Shown: in pieces, positions 22,783 through 34,631 of the stretch | Layout of the letters: each line of letters starts with the position of its first letter | Numbering within the stretch: the first letter of the stretch is position 1 | Assembly: GCA_023645945.1 (NCBI GenBank) | Contig: JALAIB010000034.1 | Location: 1 to 43,615, forward strand | Direction of reading: 5' to 3' | Length of the DNA: 43,615 bases | Source of the DNA: Diploschistes diacapsis | Lineage: Eukaryota | Program-made: the position numbers and the translations under genes | The notes under the pieces: model-generated | What the model was told of the DNA's origin: nothing | The model's input: only the letters and a program-made list of their open reading frames with translations | Databases searched by the model: none

Positions 22783-24257
22783 GCTGACTTAAGTACGCAG
22801 AGATATACCGCGAGTTCTAGCTGACGTTACCAAACCAGTGATAGGCGGAGCACATCTCAATACCGAGCATCGACTGCATTTGACTGGTGCTTGTATCGCA
22901 GGATACATTTTAGGAGAGTAAATAAATTCAGGTCAGAAGTACGAAAGGTTAGAGGAGGGTCTATGGGTCATGCCAAACTCGATGCTCTCATTGTCTGAAC
23001 ATACTAAATCGTTTATAAGTAACTGAGAAGTAAAGGAAAAGGAAGATATAAACTATATTTTATGCGAGACTATGGACTTACAAAAAGTTATACTATAAAT
23101 CAGAATTTTTGTTGACTGGTTGTTCCATCTGATGTCCTACTGATTGAGTGATGGTTGCTCACTTTAGCCGCGTTTTCAGCTTCTCAATATTGTCACAGGA
23201 GTCTCGTGCAAGATATACTCATTCTCCCTTATTTGTAGACACTCTGGGCTTGCCTTTGGAATACCATAACAGTAAGGTGCTGTCAACTGGGCCGAGCAGT
23301 TAGACATCCTTGTTCTTTGTTGTGAGAACCTTCATAGCCGTTCAATACCAACAGCATGCAAGTTCATCCTTTTCAAATAGGGTTCGTCCGATACTCAGAA
23401 AACATATCTCACAGCAAATATTCTTATGAAGCCTCTGGAGAGTTCGAAAACAGCATCGAGAATACTAGGATCCATCTTCTGCGAGTAGCCTTCAGGGGCG
23501 CCAGTCTCCAGTCAACGAGTGAGAAGCTTAATCGCAATTTATGCAAAGTCCTTGTATCCAGCGTTGTTCCCCATACTCCGAATATACTACCTACAATCAT
23601 TAGCCAAGCGGACGCGCTGACGAGGCGACCAGCGTTGAGCTTCGCATCCAGGGTTCGGGAGCCTTTGGTGCCCATAGTGACACTATCGTGAGAAAATTGT
23701 GATAGCCCGCCCTGAATATGTGATAGTAAAGCACTTCTTGTAAGTAGTTGTGGTATAAGCCGTGGCTTTTGCTTTGCAAAATGCGCGTCTGAATGTCCAC
23801 GCCGTTATATAGTACATCGCGATGCTTGACGGACAAGAAGCAGAGACCACATCAATCGAAACGTAGAGTGACGGTAAGCAGCTTAACAATCCTCTGAGCA
23901 ATATGCAGACCGAGGGAGGTAACTGCGATGCATTGTAGCTGGAGGTTTATTCGTAGCTAGCGCATACCAACCAGCATAGGAGCTACTTTTCAGAGACTTT
24001 CAAACTGGCCGTAATTCGACAATTTACTAGCCAGAGCAATGAGCGAACTCGTAGTGTATTGAGTACAGTAGCTAAGATAGCTTCTGGTAAAATAAAGCTC
24101 TAAAAACAAACCAAGTAAAGATTCTCAGAAGAGTTGTATCAATGATGGGGAAAAGTACTCTACAGGTTTTAGAAGATAAATGCAGGTTGAATGACTAATC
24201 GGAATATGAGGGCTTGATGCCATCAGAGCTCGAGATACGGTTGCTTGACCTTGCGCG

Positions 24258-25943
24258 ATGGCACTTTCGTCTCGGATTGACGAACTGCAGCTGCAAATAA
24301 TTGAGCATGAGCGCCTGGTACAAGGTTTGAAAAGAGAACTCGCGCAATTGCAACTCAACGCATCCAAGAGTACTACATCAAGAAACGTCTTATCAAATGT
24401 GTCGACTACTGCTCCTGCGTCTCAGTCGTGGCAATGGCCACTCGAGGCTGAGGAGTATAAGCGTTATGGACGACAATTGATACTGCCAGATATCGGGCTC
24501 CAGGGTAAGTTCATTATGGGCCCAACTCTTCATAACCATTTCACGATTTCATACTTTCGTAAGGCCAACTCCGTCTGAAGTCCGCTTCAGTGCTCCTTGT
24601 TGGTCTCGGAGGTCTCGGGTGTCCGGCAGCGTCCTATCTCGCTGGCGCCGGCGTAGGAACTCTTGGCCTGATGGATGGCGATACGGTCGAGCTTTCTAAT
24701 CTGCACCGACAAGTTCTCCATACGACCGAGCGGGTAGGGAAGCTCAAAGTAGAGAGCGCCCGTGACGCCTTGCAGGCGTAAGCAAACAACCACCGTCTGT
24801 CCACCACATCTGAGTACTCTAACCTCAACTAGTACTAACCCTCTCGTCTGCTATAACCTGCACACAACTCACCTCAACTCATCAACTGCCCTGCAATCAA
24901 TGGCACCTTATGATCTTATCCTTGACTGCACCGACAGCCCAGCCACACGCTACTTGATCTCCGATGCCGCAGTGTTGGCCGGCAAACCGCTCATCTCCGC
25001 CTCCGCCCTGCGTATGGATGGGCAGCTGCTCGTGCTCAACCATCCCCCAACTCCTCCACTCAATCAAAGACGTGCAGGGACTAGCTACGGTGGGCCATGT
25101 TACCGCTGCGTCTTCCCCAAGCCCCCACCCGCGGACGCCGTGCTTTCGTGTGGAGAAGGGGGTATCTTAGGTCCCGTGGTGGGCGTCATGGGTGTATTGA
25201 TGGCTCTGGAGGCGGTGAAGCTGTTGACTGGTGCAGGCTCGGCTGCTGTTGAAGCGTTCCGAGGACATATCTCACCTTCAATGGACCTTCCGGTTGGGCA
25301 AGCTCGTGACCACAGCATGCTCATCTTCTCCGCCACTTCTTCGCCGCCTTTCAGGAGTATCCGGCTCAAGGGCAAACGTGCGGGATGCATAGCCTGCTCA
25401 CCAACGGCAACTGTAACCGCTGAAGCGCTGGCGTCGGGTACTCTGGACCATGTAGCATTCTGTGGACTGCGAAATCCAATCCAAGTCTTGGGAGAGGCAA
25501 ACAGAGTCAACCCGGAGAGGATCAAGGTTTTGATAAATGAGGCCAATGCCGAAAGGGGTTCGAATGGACAGATGAAACAGAAAGATTATGTATTGTTAGA
25601 CGTACGAGATGAGGCGCAGTTTGGGCTTTGCGCGCTAGATGGAAGTATCAACGTGCCGTGGGCTGTCCTTGATGGATTGAAAGAGCAATCCCCTATAAGC
25701 AGTGGGCAAACGTGTTCCTCCGAACTAAAATGCCAAAGAAACGATCCGCTTTCAGACTTGCGAAAGGAAGCTGCGGATCACAAAGATATCTACACTATTT
25801 GCAGATTTGGCAATGACTCGCAGCTCGCTGTCGAGAAGCTTCAAAAGCTAGGTTTTGACACCGGTAGCAGGCGAGTTCAAGATGTTCGAGGAGGGTTCAA
25901 AGCTTGGAAGCAAAAAGTCGATCCTGACTGGCCCGAATATTGA
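24258..25943 (+). CDS. UBA4: Adenylyltransferase and sulfurtransferase Uba4/MOCS3
   Basis: [47 protein letters not shown], CxxC, rhodanese CRFGNDSQ and VDPDWPEY. Introns 24505-24563 and 24778-24832. Confidence 0.96.
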
Positions 25944-26220
25944 TAAAGGAAACGCGCAGCAAAAAGGGCCTAAGGCAAATGAATGACAGTGCACAAGGCT
26001 GCTAACATCATAGCTGCTCGCCAGTGTATATTACTAGCAGAATCTATGGCGCTCACGGACGGCGGCCAGACCGGACTTCTATAGCAAGCACTATAACCGA
26101 TCTGATCTTGACCCGAACACCGTGCTAATGCGACATACTCTTCGCTGAAAATATAATATGCACAATGAATAATAACGAAATAGATCCTTCAAACAGCCTC
26201 GGCGCTTGAAATCGAATGGT

Positions 26221-27243
26221 CTAACTCTCCTCACCGACGCTCCTTTGAGGCACGGGCGGATAATCAAAAAGGTCTTCCAAATACGCGCTTGGAGCCCGTC
26301 CATCACTTTTTGCTCCCAAGCTCGCAGTGCTCAATCCTGCCATACTCGATCTTCCATACGGCATATCCGCTGGCGTACTAGCAGGGTTCAATAAAGGACT
26401 CGGACCTGGGCTGATTCCGCCAACCGATAATGGACGCGAGAACCTTGTAGAGCTTTGTGGTCGGTAACCAGTTTGTGGTCGACTGCTCGAGCCATTTGTG
26501 AAATCGAGCATGGAGATTGGCCGACCGTCGCCTGCAACACCGCCTCCGTAACCACTGTTACCAGCCGCGTAATAGCCCGATGGCAGATATGTGGAACCGC
26601 GATTACCAGCTGCACTCGACCGTCCAGCAGTAGCGGTTGTATTAGCCGTTGGCGAAAAGAACAGACTCGATCTGTTTGCTGGTGTGTTGTAACCCAAGTC
26701 CTTTTTTCCACTTCCTGTCAAAGGATCCAAGCTCAATTCACTCCCACGACCGTAGGAATAGAAGGGAGCATTGGGCTTCTTGAACACGCTCGCACCCTCC
26801 GCACCGAGCTTCTGAAGCTTTGTAAAAGCAGAATATGGTCCCCTTCCAGCATTTGCGCGCTTGATGTTCCGGTAAATGTTCCACGATATGAGCCCACGCC
26901 AGGCTAAGACAATGAGAAAGAAGAATCCGATGATAGCACCGGCACAGATGAAAACAAAGTTGTTGGGAAGGGGCGATGTTTGCATGTACGGGGCCATTTG
27001 TGTCGGAGGAACAGATGGGGAGGGAATCGGGATGCTAGTGCTGATAGCTGGAAAGGAAATTGAAGGTTTTGCAGACGATCCTGAAGTTGTTCCTGCGGCA
27101 GAAGAGCTGTCGGTCGACGACGGACCTGCCGTTGTCGTTGTCGAGTCTGAAAGCGCTGGGAAGGATTGTGAGGGTTGTTGGGCGGAAACGGTGGTAAAGA
27201 GGAAGGCAGCAGCTAATAATGCTTGTCGTAATCGCGGCAGCAT
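26221..27243 (-). CDS. CSI2/PRM5-like single-pass membrane protein
   Basis: Signal peptide and S/T stalk, then VPPTQMAPYM..P..VFICAGAIIG TM, SLFFSPTA, YLPSGYY and RAPSAYLEDLF. Confidence 0.82.
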   Translation of the reverse strand: MLPRLRQALLAAAFLFTTVSAQQPSQSFPALSDSTTTTAGPSSTDSSSAAGTTSGSSAKPSISFPAISTSIPIPSPSVPPTQMAPYMQTSPLPNNFVFICAGAIIGFFFLIVLAWRGLISWNIYRNIKRANAGRGPYSAFTKLQKLGAEGASVFKKPNAPFYSYGRGSELSLDPLTGSGKKDLGYNTPANRSSLFFSPTANTTATAGRSSAAGNRGSTYLPSGYYAAGNSGYGGGVAGDGRPISMLDFTNGSSSRPQTGYRPQSSTRFSRPLSVGGISPGPSPLLNPASTPADMPYGRSSMAGLSTASLGAKSDGRAPSAYLEDLFDYPPVPQRSVGEES

Positions 27244-28280
27244 TTTGGAAATTGATCAAGGCTTTCGATGCCGAGCTACTGAGGTCTATGCCTAGGTCGT
27301 ACAAGGTTTGCTGCGAGTATCCGCTATCGTGTACGTGGATGCAAGGCTGGATGTGCAAGGAAACTTGAATCGTGTTTGAGGGCCGTCTTCCAGAAGAATC
27401 TGCTGAAGTAACCTGGTAGTTTAAGTGAAAAAAGAGGACAACGACCAGCCAAAGGATGTACAAAAGAAGGACAAGTAACAAAAACATTCGTCAAAAAAGC
27501 AACCTCATGGAATGTACAGTGTGGCACTTCGCAACGCCTCTCTCCCAGGTCGCTCGTAAAGGGATGAGGGCGTGATCACTTAGTGCGGCCCGGCATCTTT
27601 GTTTAGTAGAAATGATCACTGGCAGGGATTACTTACTGCTGTCGGAGATATGGAGATATGGAGATACGAGGTAACATCGTTAATCTATAAAGCCGGCGCT
27701 ATGACCGATAAAGTTCCGATTGCGTTCTGGGCACCCTGAGTGATTCGGTTATGCATTTATCTGCACAGCAAAAGCATTGTACGCTACCAAACAGCCGCTC
27801 ATACCCCGGCAGGCCTTCAAGATTATGAAACCGGCTTCTTTAGGTTACCAAAAACTGACGTACCGCTCGCATTTGTAAAGACATCTATCACAGAGCCATG
27901 TGTAGTCGCTGGCCTCGAGCGTTAGGGTACCCGCCTGGAACAGTATACTATACTAATATTCTACCCAAATGTCTTGGAGACTTGTGTTGATAGATAGTAT
28001 AGTTCACAGCGGATTTTAACTGAGCTTTCGAAGCTCGTCCAAGCTCGTCCTCCTGATCTTGACAATGAGCATGACAGTTGAATCTTATGTAGACCCAGTT
28101 GCTGTGACTGTTTTACGCCCAATAATCAATTTTTGAACCCTAAGCGAGATCACTAGCCACGTTCCGAGAAGCTGAAAAGATTGCACCTGGAGTTTCTCTA
28201 CCTCACGGTCTTAAATTGCCCATAATTTCCTTAATCAGGATCAAATCGAACTTCGGGTACTGCGCTGCCTTTTGTACAAG

Positions 28281-29099
28281 ATGGGTGTTCAAAAAAGGAC
28301 CAGGAAGTTTGCCCAGGTAAAACGCATAATTGGGCAGAGGGACGCAAGATTGTATGAGTAACCAAAAAATACTTTACATTGAATGAACTTGCTGATTCGT
28401 CTTAGAAAGAAGAACCAACAAAAGCAAGAGCAGAAAAGCAAGAAGCAAGCCGAAGGGGGCGAAATCGTGCGACATGTGTAAGCAGTCTACTTCCCCTGTA
28501 GGCACGATAGAAGGCCATCAGAACTTAACTCTTTCTACAGACCACAGGTCTCCTCGGCCATGTTCTTCCAGTACAATACCGCGCTTAAACCGCCTTACAA
28601 CGTCCTGGTCCGCTCTTTCTCTTCGCTTTCTCTCACCCTTTGCCCTCCACTTTCCGCTGCTGACCCGACCCCAGGTTGACACGAATTTTATCAATTTTAG
28701 TGTTCAGAATAAGCTAGAATTACTGACCACTATGATGAACTGCCTTTACGCCACTTGCAACCCAATAATTACTGACTGCGTTATGGCGGAATTGGAGACT
28801 CTGGGCCGAAGTTATAGAATTGCCCTGCAAATAGCAAGGGATGAGCGGTGGGAGCGAATGAAGTGCGATCATTCAGGAAACTATGCGGATGATTGGAAAG
28901 TCTCCGATCCAATTTCATGTCGTTTGCTAACTGGATGATCAGTATAGTCGATAGAGTTATCAAGAATCCGGTGTATTTGGTAGCTACGAACGATAGGGAC
29001 TTAAAGCGACGCATTCGGAAAGTACCTGGAGTTCCGATTATGAGTGTTGCCAAGGGCAGATATGTTATTGAAAGACTGCCCGACGCGCCGGAGAAGTAA
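28281..29099 (+). CDS. FCF1: rRNA-processing PIN-domain nuclease Fcf1/Utp24
   Basis: MGVQKRTRKFAQVKR, FQYNTAL.PPY.VLVDTNFINF, ITDCVMAELE, YADDC, VATND..LKRRIRKVPGVP and ERLPDAP. Introns 28352-28405, 28478-28540, 28608-28674 and 28896-28942 (the last is GA-AG). Confidence 0.95.
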
Positions 29100-29320
29100 G
29101 GAACTCTAAGAAACATCATGCATGCATATGGGGCCCGAACAAGAGAAAGAGAGAGAGAGAGCTATGTGATTCAAAAATGCAAGATGCAGCTTAGAAAGCG
29201 CAAGATACCCTCGACCCACCGAGCCAATAGTCCGTTGCCTTCAACCCACTCCAGAACTCCGATAACATTTACAGATGCTGAAGTCATCGCTATACGTACA
29301 ACATTTACGAGCTCTATCTA

Positions 29321-30435
29321 TTACTGTTTTCTTTGTGCGGCGGGTCCATTCTCCTTATCAAAGGCACCGTATGAGACTTGCAAACTCTGGAGAGCATTGA
29401 TCCCAACATATCCGATTGATAGGAGGAAAAACATGGTAAATAGGCCCATGAATATGCCTATGTTCATCAGTTTTGCTTTGCGATAGTACCGCATTACACG
29501 ACTTACCTGGTGTGAAATACTGGTATCTCTCAAACAATGGACCATCGACCAAAGTGATATTACCATTGGCCTGACGTGATGCGACACCGAGATCCCGTTT
29601 CATATCCATATGGACTGAAGACATTGAATTATCCATCTCGTAGGTGGCAGGGTTTTCGACATGTAGAGACTGCTCAGCTGTGGGTGAAGACGTGGTGTAT
29701 AGAACGGTTAACTTTGATTCGTAGGGCAACGAGTCGAGGAAATTGTTCAAAAAGAGGTCTACAAAATCGAGGCTATTAACCAATGCTCATGATGATTACC
29801 TTATATTGGATGACGTTGGGTACTGGGAAGTATACCGTTCATCCTCAGTCCCTCTCCTCTTTTGCCCATGGAAAACGGAGACGCGAAATCAATGGTGACG
29901 ACCTGCGGCTTGTTGGAACTGGCGACCACAGCATCGAAATACCCAGCTGGTGATGTCAGTGCCAATCACTTTGCTGTGGTAGTCGTACTCACTTGAGGCG
30001 TCGATTGCCAATAACTCAGCGCCACACTTCCTCTGAAGCTGCTCGACTAACGCCGAGGGCTCAACATGGCCCTTCACCTCTGCTACGTGACCCTTTGATT
30101 TTACCCTCTTGTTGCTGCTCATCCACTCCTTCAAGTGCGGCGTCGAGACCACTTCGCTGTAGTCGATCAAGGAAACGCCGGGCTGTTGCGCAATCACGTA
30201 GATATCTGAGCTACATTTCGATAACTCAGATGATAGTGACTGTTGTATCGCAGATGCCGTAGAGAACCGCGACGAAGTAAAGGATATTCTATGTCTGTTA
30301 GACAGCGGTCCTTTGGATGTGTTGGAACTGGCCAGCATACTCATTTGTGGAGAAAAGCAGGAAAGGAGAGGTGTCTTTGAAGGCGTGAGCGATAGCTATT
30401 CCAAGGACCAAGGTCCAAAGGCGTAAGACAGCCAT
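29321..30435 (-). CDS. BIG1: ER protein BIG1 / V-ATPase accessory Ac45-VOA1-like
   Basis: Signal peptide followed by FKDTSPFLLFST, CSSDIYVIAQQPGV and a C-terminal LFERYQYFTPGIFMGL TM plus LQVSYGAFDKE. Introns 30289-30340, 29947-29992, 29759-29835 and 29458-29506. Confidence 0.85.
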
Positions 30436-30660
30436 GATTTCTGATGCCTGGCTTTGTGCGTTCTGGATGTTGAATTAGGAAAGATAACCTGTCTCTCCTT
30501 GACGTCTACTAGGTAGGCTTGGCACATCATGATGGAGAAACGCTACGCCACACGCCGCAAGCTTCAGCCACAACTTCTATAACTTTATTTCGCACGACCT
30601 GAAAATCATAATGAAGCGTTACACCACTCTAATTCCATCCTCCATCTACGCCTTTTTGCC

Positions 30661-31380
30661 ATGGGGTCAAGCTCATTGAAGCGCAAGCGTGCAGCTCAGC
30701 CTGAGGAGATTACTTTCGATTTCGCTGCACGCCAGGACTACCTTACGGGCTTTCATAAGAGAAAACTACAGCGAGCAAAGCACGCCCAGGAAGATGCGGC
30801 AAAGAAGGAGCGCGAGGAACGAATCAGGGCAAGAAAGACAGTACGTGCGAGATCTACGCGGTAGGCGGATTTCACTAAGTTTCTTTGCTAGTTACGTGAG
30901 GAGAGGCAGGCACGGCTGGAAAAGCACATTGAAGCTGTTAACGGAATGACTGGGAAGATTGGTAGATCTTCAGAAGATGAGGCTAGCGAAGAGGGAGAAT
31001 ACAACAGTATCGAATGGCAAGGCTCTGAGCAGCCTGCTATTGTGGATCGTGAAGATGAATTTGTTGATGAGGACCGTCATACTACGGTCACGGTAGAAGC
31101 TGTGGATGTAACTCGGCACGGTCTCGAGAGGGTGCCACGGGAGGACGAAGAGGACGCTAGCGAGGATGAGGATCAGAACGGTCGAGACGCCAACAGAAAG
31201 GCCTCGATGCAGCCTGTGGAAAAGGCCAAACGCATTTGGACAAAGGAGAATCCTCATTCAGGCAAGAAGAAGAAGCGGAAGAAATTCCATTATGAAAGTA
31301 AGAAAGACCGCAAAGTTACGCAAATACAGCAGAGAAAGGGCAATCGAGAGAAGGCAAGGTCGAGGAGGCAGCAAACCTAG
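30661..31380 (+). CDS. RRP17: Ribosomal RNA-processing protein Rrp17/NOL12
   Basis: EITFD..ARQDYLTGFHKRKLQR; intron 30841-30891; TTVTVE and KKKRKKFHYESK. Confidence 0.93.
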
Positions 31381-31566
31381 CACGAATGATTATCATGAAT
31401 AATTCACTTTAAGATGCACGTACGCCTACTTCGCATTAGAAGTTCTAGTAACACACCTTCAAAGTAGTGAGTTGCTCAACGGAAGAGCTCAAGCCAACAA
31501 CTCCAACAAGGATCTCCTAAAGCCCATTGCACCTTTCACGCCTCAGGTAGGTTGCTTGATCACCCC

Positions 31567-32189
31567 TTACAGAGCGCCAATTTCAGCTTGGAAATCAGCG
31601 AATTCTTTCTGGATCGCCTTGTGCTTTTCAGCGAGCTCATCATATTTCTTCTCCCAATTGTCCCGTTCGTGTTCCAGCGCCTGTACTTTGCGTTCAAAGT
31701 GACCGGCCTTGATATCTGTTTGGCGGAGTCTATGCAAACAGCTTATTAGTATAATTATTGACAGCACTTATCGCGAACGCACTTTTCATTTGTCTCCCTG
31801 AGGTTCTTATCTGCCTCCTCGGCCTCGTCTTCAAGGATCTGCAGCCTTCTTTGCAAGGCTTCATTCTGTGTACTGTGATGAGAATGCTCATCAGCCTCTG
31901 ACTTCGCTGTCTTGCTTTGCCCCTCCAGACTTTCGACCTCCTTTTCGAGCAGTCCATTACGGTGTGTAAGGGAGGTAATTTCTTGCTCTTTGGCCAAATT
32001 CTCCTGCTCTAGTGTCTTAACCTTGGCAGTAAGCTCCTCATTCTTGCCTATTGCATCTTCAGATTCAATGCGAAGCTGCTCCATCTTCTGTACAGGCTTC
32101 AGTAATCCACAAGCAAAGCCGACCGTCTCGGTTCGCGTGGGAAAGACTGCTCAACGTACCTTCTTGATTCCTTCGAGATGGGCCGACAT
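31567..32189 (-). CDS. TPM1: Tropomyosin
   Basis: Three exons (introns 32088-32159 and 31730-31782). KVKTLEQENLAKEQEITSLTHRN, RRLQILEDEAE and KAGHFERKVQALE. Confidence 0.94.
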
Positions 32190-32570
32190 GATTGCGATGT
32201 GGAAGTGGGGAGTTTTAGGTTCGAGGATCCGAAGAAGGCAGAGAAGGAGGAGAGTCGTTTGATCTCTCTAAGGTATGGGCAGCTGTATAATTCGAAGTAT
32301 GTCGTTTCCAGCGAGCTGATTGTTGGCGTTGCTGGGTGGATGTGCGTTGTCGGACCGTTGCGGCAAGGGTGGGATATGGGGGGGGTCTCTTTGATCCGCG
32401 GGGGCAGGGTCTTTGAGCATGATTGGCGAATCCTACCCCAAGCAACCGCTAACCAGCTAAGAGTAAACATTCGCTTATTTCAACTTTCTAAACCTTCATC
32501 AGCTCCGATAAAGGTATCTTAAACCTTGAAGCCATCAAGCGTTACAAAACCAATTCACAAACGCTTCATC

Positions 32571-34025
32571 ATGGCCAGTATTCTGGCTCTTCGGGATCAA
32601 GAAAACTTGCACCACGCACACCAGACAACAGCCGCCGCAAAACCGCTTAATCAAGGAAGCAGGGCGCTTGCTCCGAAAACGCCAGGTAACAGAGTTGCAA
32701 AGACTCCTTTTAAGCTCCCGTTGAACGACGAGAATGGTATTGATGCAGCAAAAGCAGGCTTGGGAAAGGGTAAGGTCAATGGGAGTCTATTCACCGGGGC
32801 CAGTAAGGCATTCGGAGAAAGGAACGCTTTTGTCACACCTGTCGCTCCAAAGACGCGAGCTCCCCTCGGGCAAAAGACGACCAATGCAAAAGCAAGGCCG
32901 TTCCAAACCCCTGCGCCACTCCAAGAAGATACTGTTCTAGACAAATTGAAGCCAAAGAGTGTATCAGTGCGAAAGCCGAAACCCAAGACTTCTCACGCCG
33001 AACCCGTCAAAATTGATGTGCTCGATACAAGAGATGAAGAAGAACCGGAAATCGAGTACATGCCACCGCGACCGAAGGATCTACCCGATCTCCCCGATGA
33101 TATAGACGCGAATCTGGACTTCTCCATGTTCGCAAACAATGGGGCGCGACGCGACTTCATCCATCACCTCAATCACCACAAGGGCTGGGATGGACTGAGT
33201 GCGGTAGAGCGGGACGAGATCAGAGCCAAGAGGGCCGAAGAAAGAATAAATGCGGAAAACGAGGCGTTCGCAGATTATATTATGGACGGCGATCCTATTC
33301 CTTGCCTTCACGACCCAGAATGCCCGACACAGGACTGCAAGGACGCACCAGCAATCAGGCGTGAAGCCAAGGCCAAGTACGAGCAAAAGCTAGCGGAAAT
33401 AGACGAGCACTTCAAGTCTCTCCCCCCTCTGGGGCTCGATTACCTCGCGAAGCAGCCATCTGCAAAGAAACAAATCAACATCACGAAGGGGCCAACGGAC
33501 GAAGTTTCCAAGCGAGCCGCATTTACTTTGTCAATGCCCAAACCGAAAGTTCCTGGTCCAGCGAAAGCTTCAGCCAAGAAGCCCTTTTCCTCTCAAGTGC
33601 CTTCCGCGCTCGTCTCACGGCCCAAAAAGCCAACTCACCCACCAACGAATCCCTCCACGATGCGCCACGCGGCCGCAGTGGCAGCTTCTCATACAACGAT
33701 GGGTTACTCCAAAGGTCGCGCTACCTCTGCATCACTCCGCAAAGCCCAAGGTCCCACACAGGCGGGGAATGTCTCAAGTAGGAAAGAAATTAGACCGGAT
33801 CCAAACAGTCTCTCTCCGGCAGACTTCATGAAGCAATACGGTGAGCCGAGGTTCATGACGGAGATGTGGATCAGGTGCAGGAGCCAGGGACTGATCAAAC
33901 TACCTGGCGACGAGGACAAGGTGGAGCAGCAGGAGTCTGCCATGGGAGGCCCAGATGGGCTGGCGGCGGATGACTATTTCAGGGAAGAAGCGGAGCGGGA
34001 CTTCGAGTTCAAGATGCCGTTCTAG
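32571..34025 (+). CDS. Probable securin (separase inhibitor)
   Basis: Disordered protein with an N-terminal RDQEN, D-box RAPLGQKTTN and a separase pseudo-substrate-like EPEIEYMPPRP motif. ATG at 32571. Confidence 0.7.
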   Translation: MASILALRDQENLHHAHQTTAAAKPLNQGSRALAPKTPGNRVAKTPFKLPLNDENGIDAAKAGLGKGKVNGSLFTGASKAFGERNAFVTPVAPKTRAPLGQKTTNAKARPFQTPAPLQEDTVLDKLKPKSVSVRKPKPKTSHAEPVKIDVLDTRDEEEPEIEYMPPRPKDLPDLPDDIDANLDFSMFANNGARRDFIHHLNHHKGWDGLSAVERDEIRAKRAEERINAENEAFADYIMDGDPIPCLHDPECPTQDCKDAPAIRREAKAKYEQKLAEIDEHFKSLPPLGLDYLAKQPSAKKQINITKGPTDEVSKRAAFTLSMPKPKVPGPAKASAKKPFSSQVPSALVSRPKKPTHPPTNPSTMRHAAAVAASHTTMGYSKGRATSASLRKAQGPTQAGNVSSRKEIRPDPNSLSPADFMKQYGEPRFMTEMWIRCRSQGLIKLPGDEDKVEQQESAMGGPDGLAADDYFREEAERDFEFKMPF

Positions 34026-34631
34026 GTGTTGATGGGATCTCTTACGGGCCCGTCTATTGTTTTCAACTTGCCACAGTCCACAAGACCATGGGCCTTAACC
34101 TCCTTAAAGGGCCCATTTTACTTATATTTTGCCTTTGCAAGGAAATAGGCGGGATTGATCTGGGCTTTCGGCGAGACTGATACGAAGCACTTTTTCAAGT
34201 GCTCTCGTCACAAAGACAGAGGTGAATTATGTTACGCTTCGCGGCCGGCTATAGGATTAGACATACAAGGGAAAGCATTGGGCTTGAGGCAGGGTTTTTG
34301 GGCAAGTTCAAGCATGTATGAGTAGAATACCTCTTGCCTCCATAGGATAGCAATAAGTTCAACCGAGATCGACATGTTCACTTCATCAAGGCTAATACAG
34401 AGTACATGTATGCGAGGATTCTGCAAGAGCTAATTAGCTGAGTTTGTAATCTTAGCGCTTTGGTCTCCTGCCCATCTAACATTCATGTCCATGTAGACAC
34501 GTGAGCAAAAGGTTGTATGGATTGTACCGTAATGAGCAACATGCTCGACTATCAACGATGCCTGGACGCCGCGCTGGATGATTGCTCTTGAACGCTGTAT
34601 CCGCTTTCCAACTTCGACAGCAATTGGCTTC

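Noticed and set aside
23356..23901. Cluster of short ORFs on both strands upstream of UBA4
   Set aside because: Possibly a relic, but I could not support a consistent frame, splice model or family.
28136..28143. AACCCTAA telomere-like motif upstream of FCF1
   Set aside because: A single 8-mer is expected by chance; there is no array or evidence of a telomerase RNA.
29759..29835. Internal AAG|GTAATC donor-like site and ATGATGA (box C-like) in a BIG1 intron
   Set aside because: Using the internal donor would include an in-frame TAA, and the box C-like motif is antisense to the host transcript.
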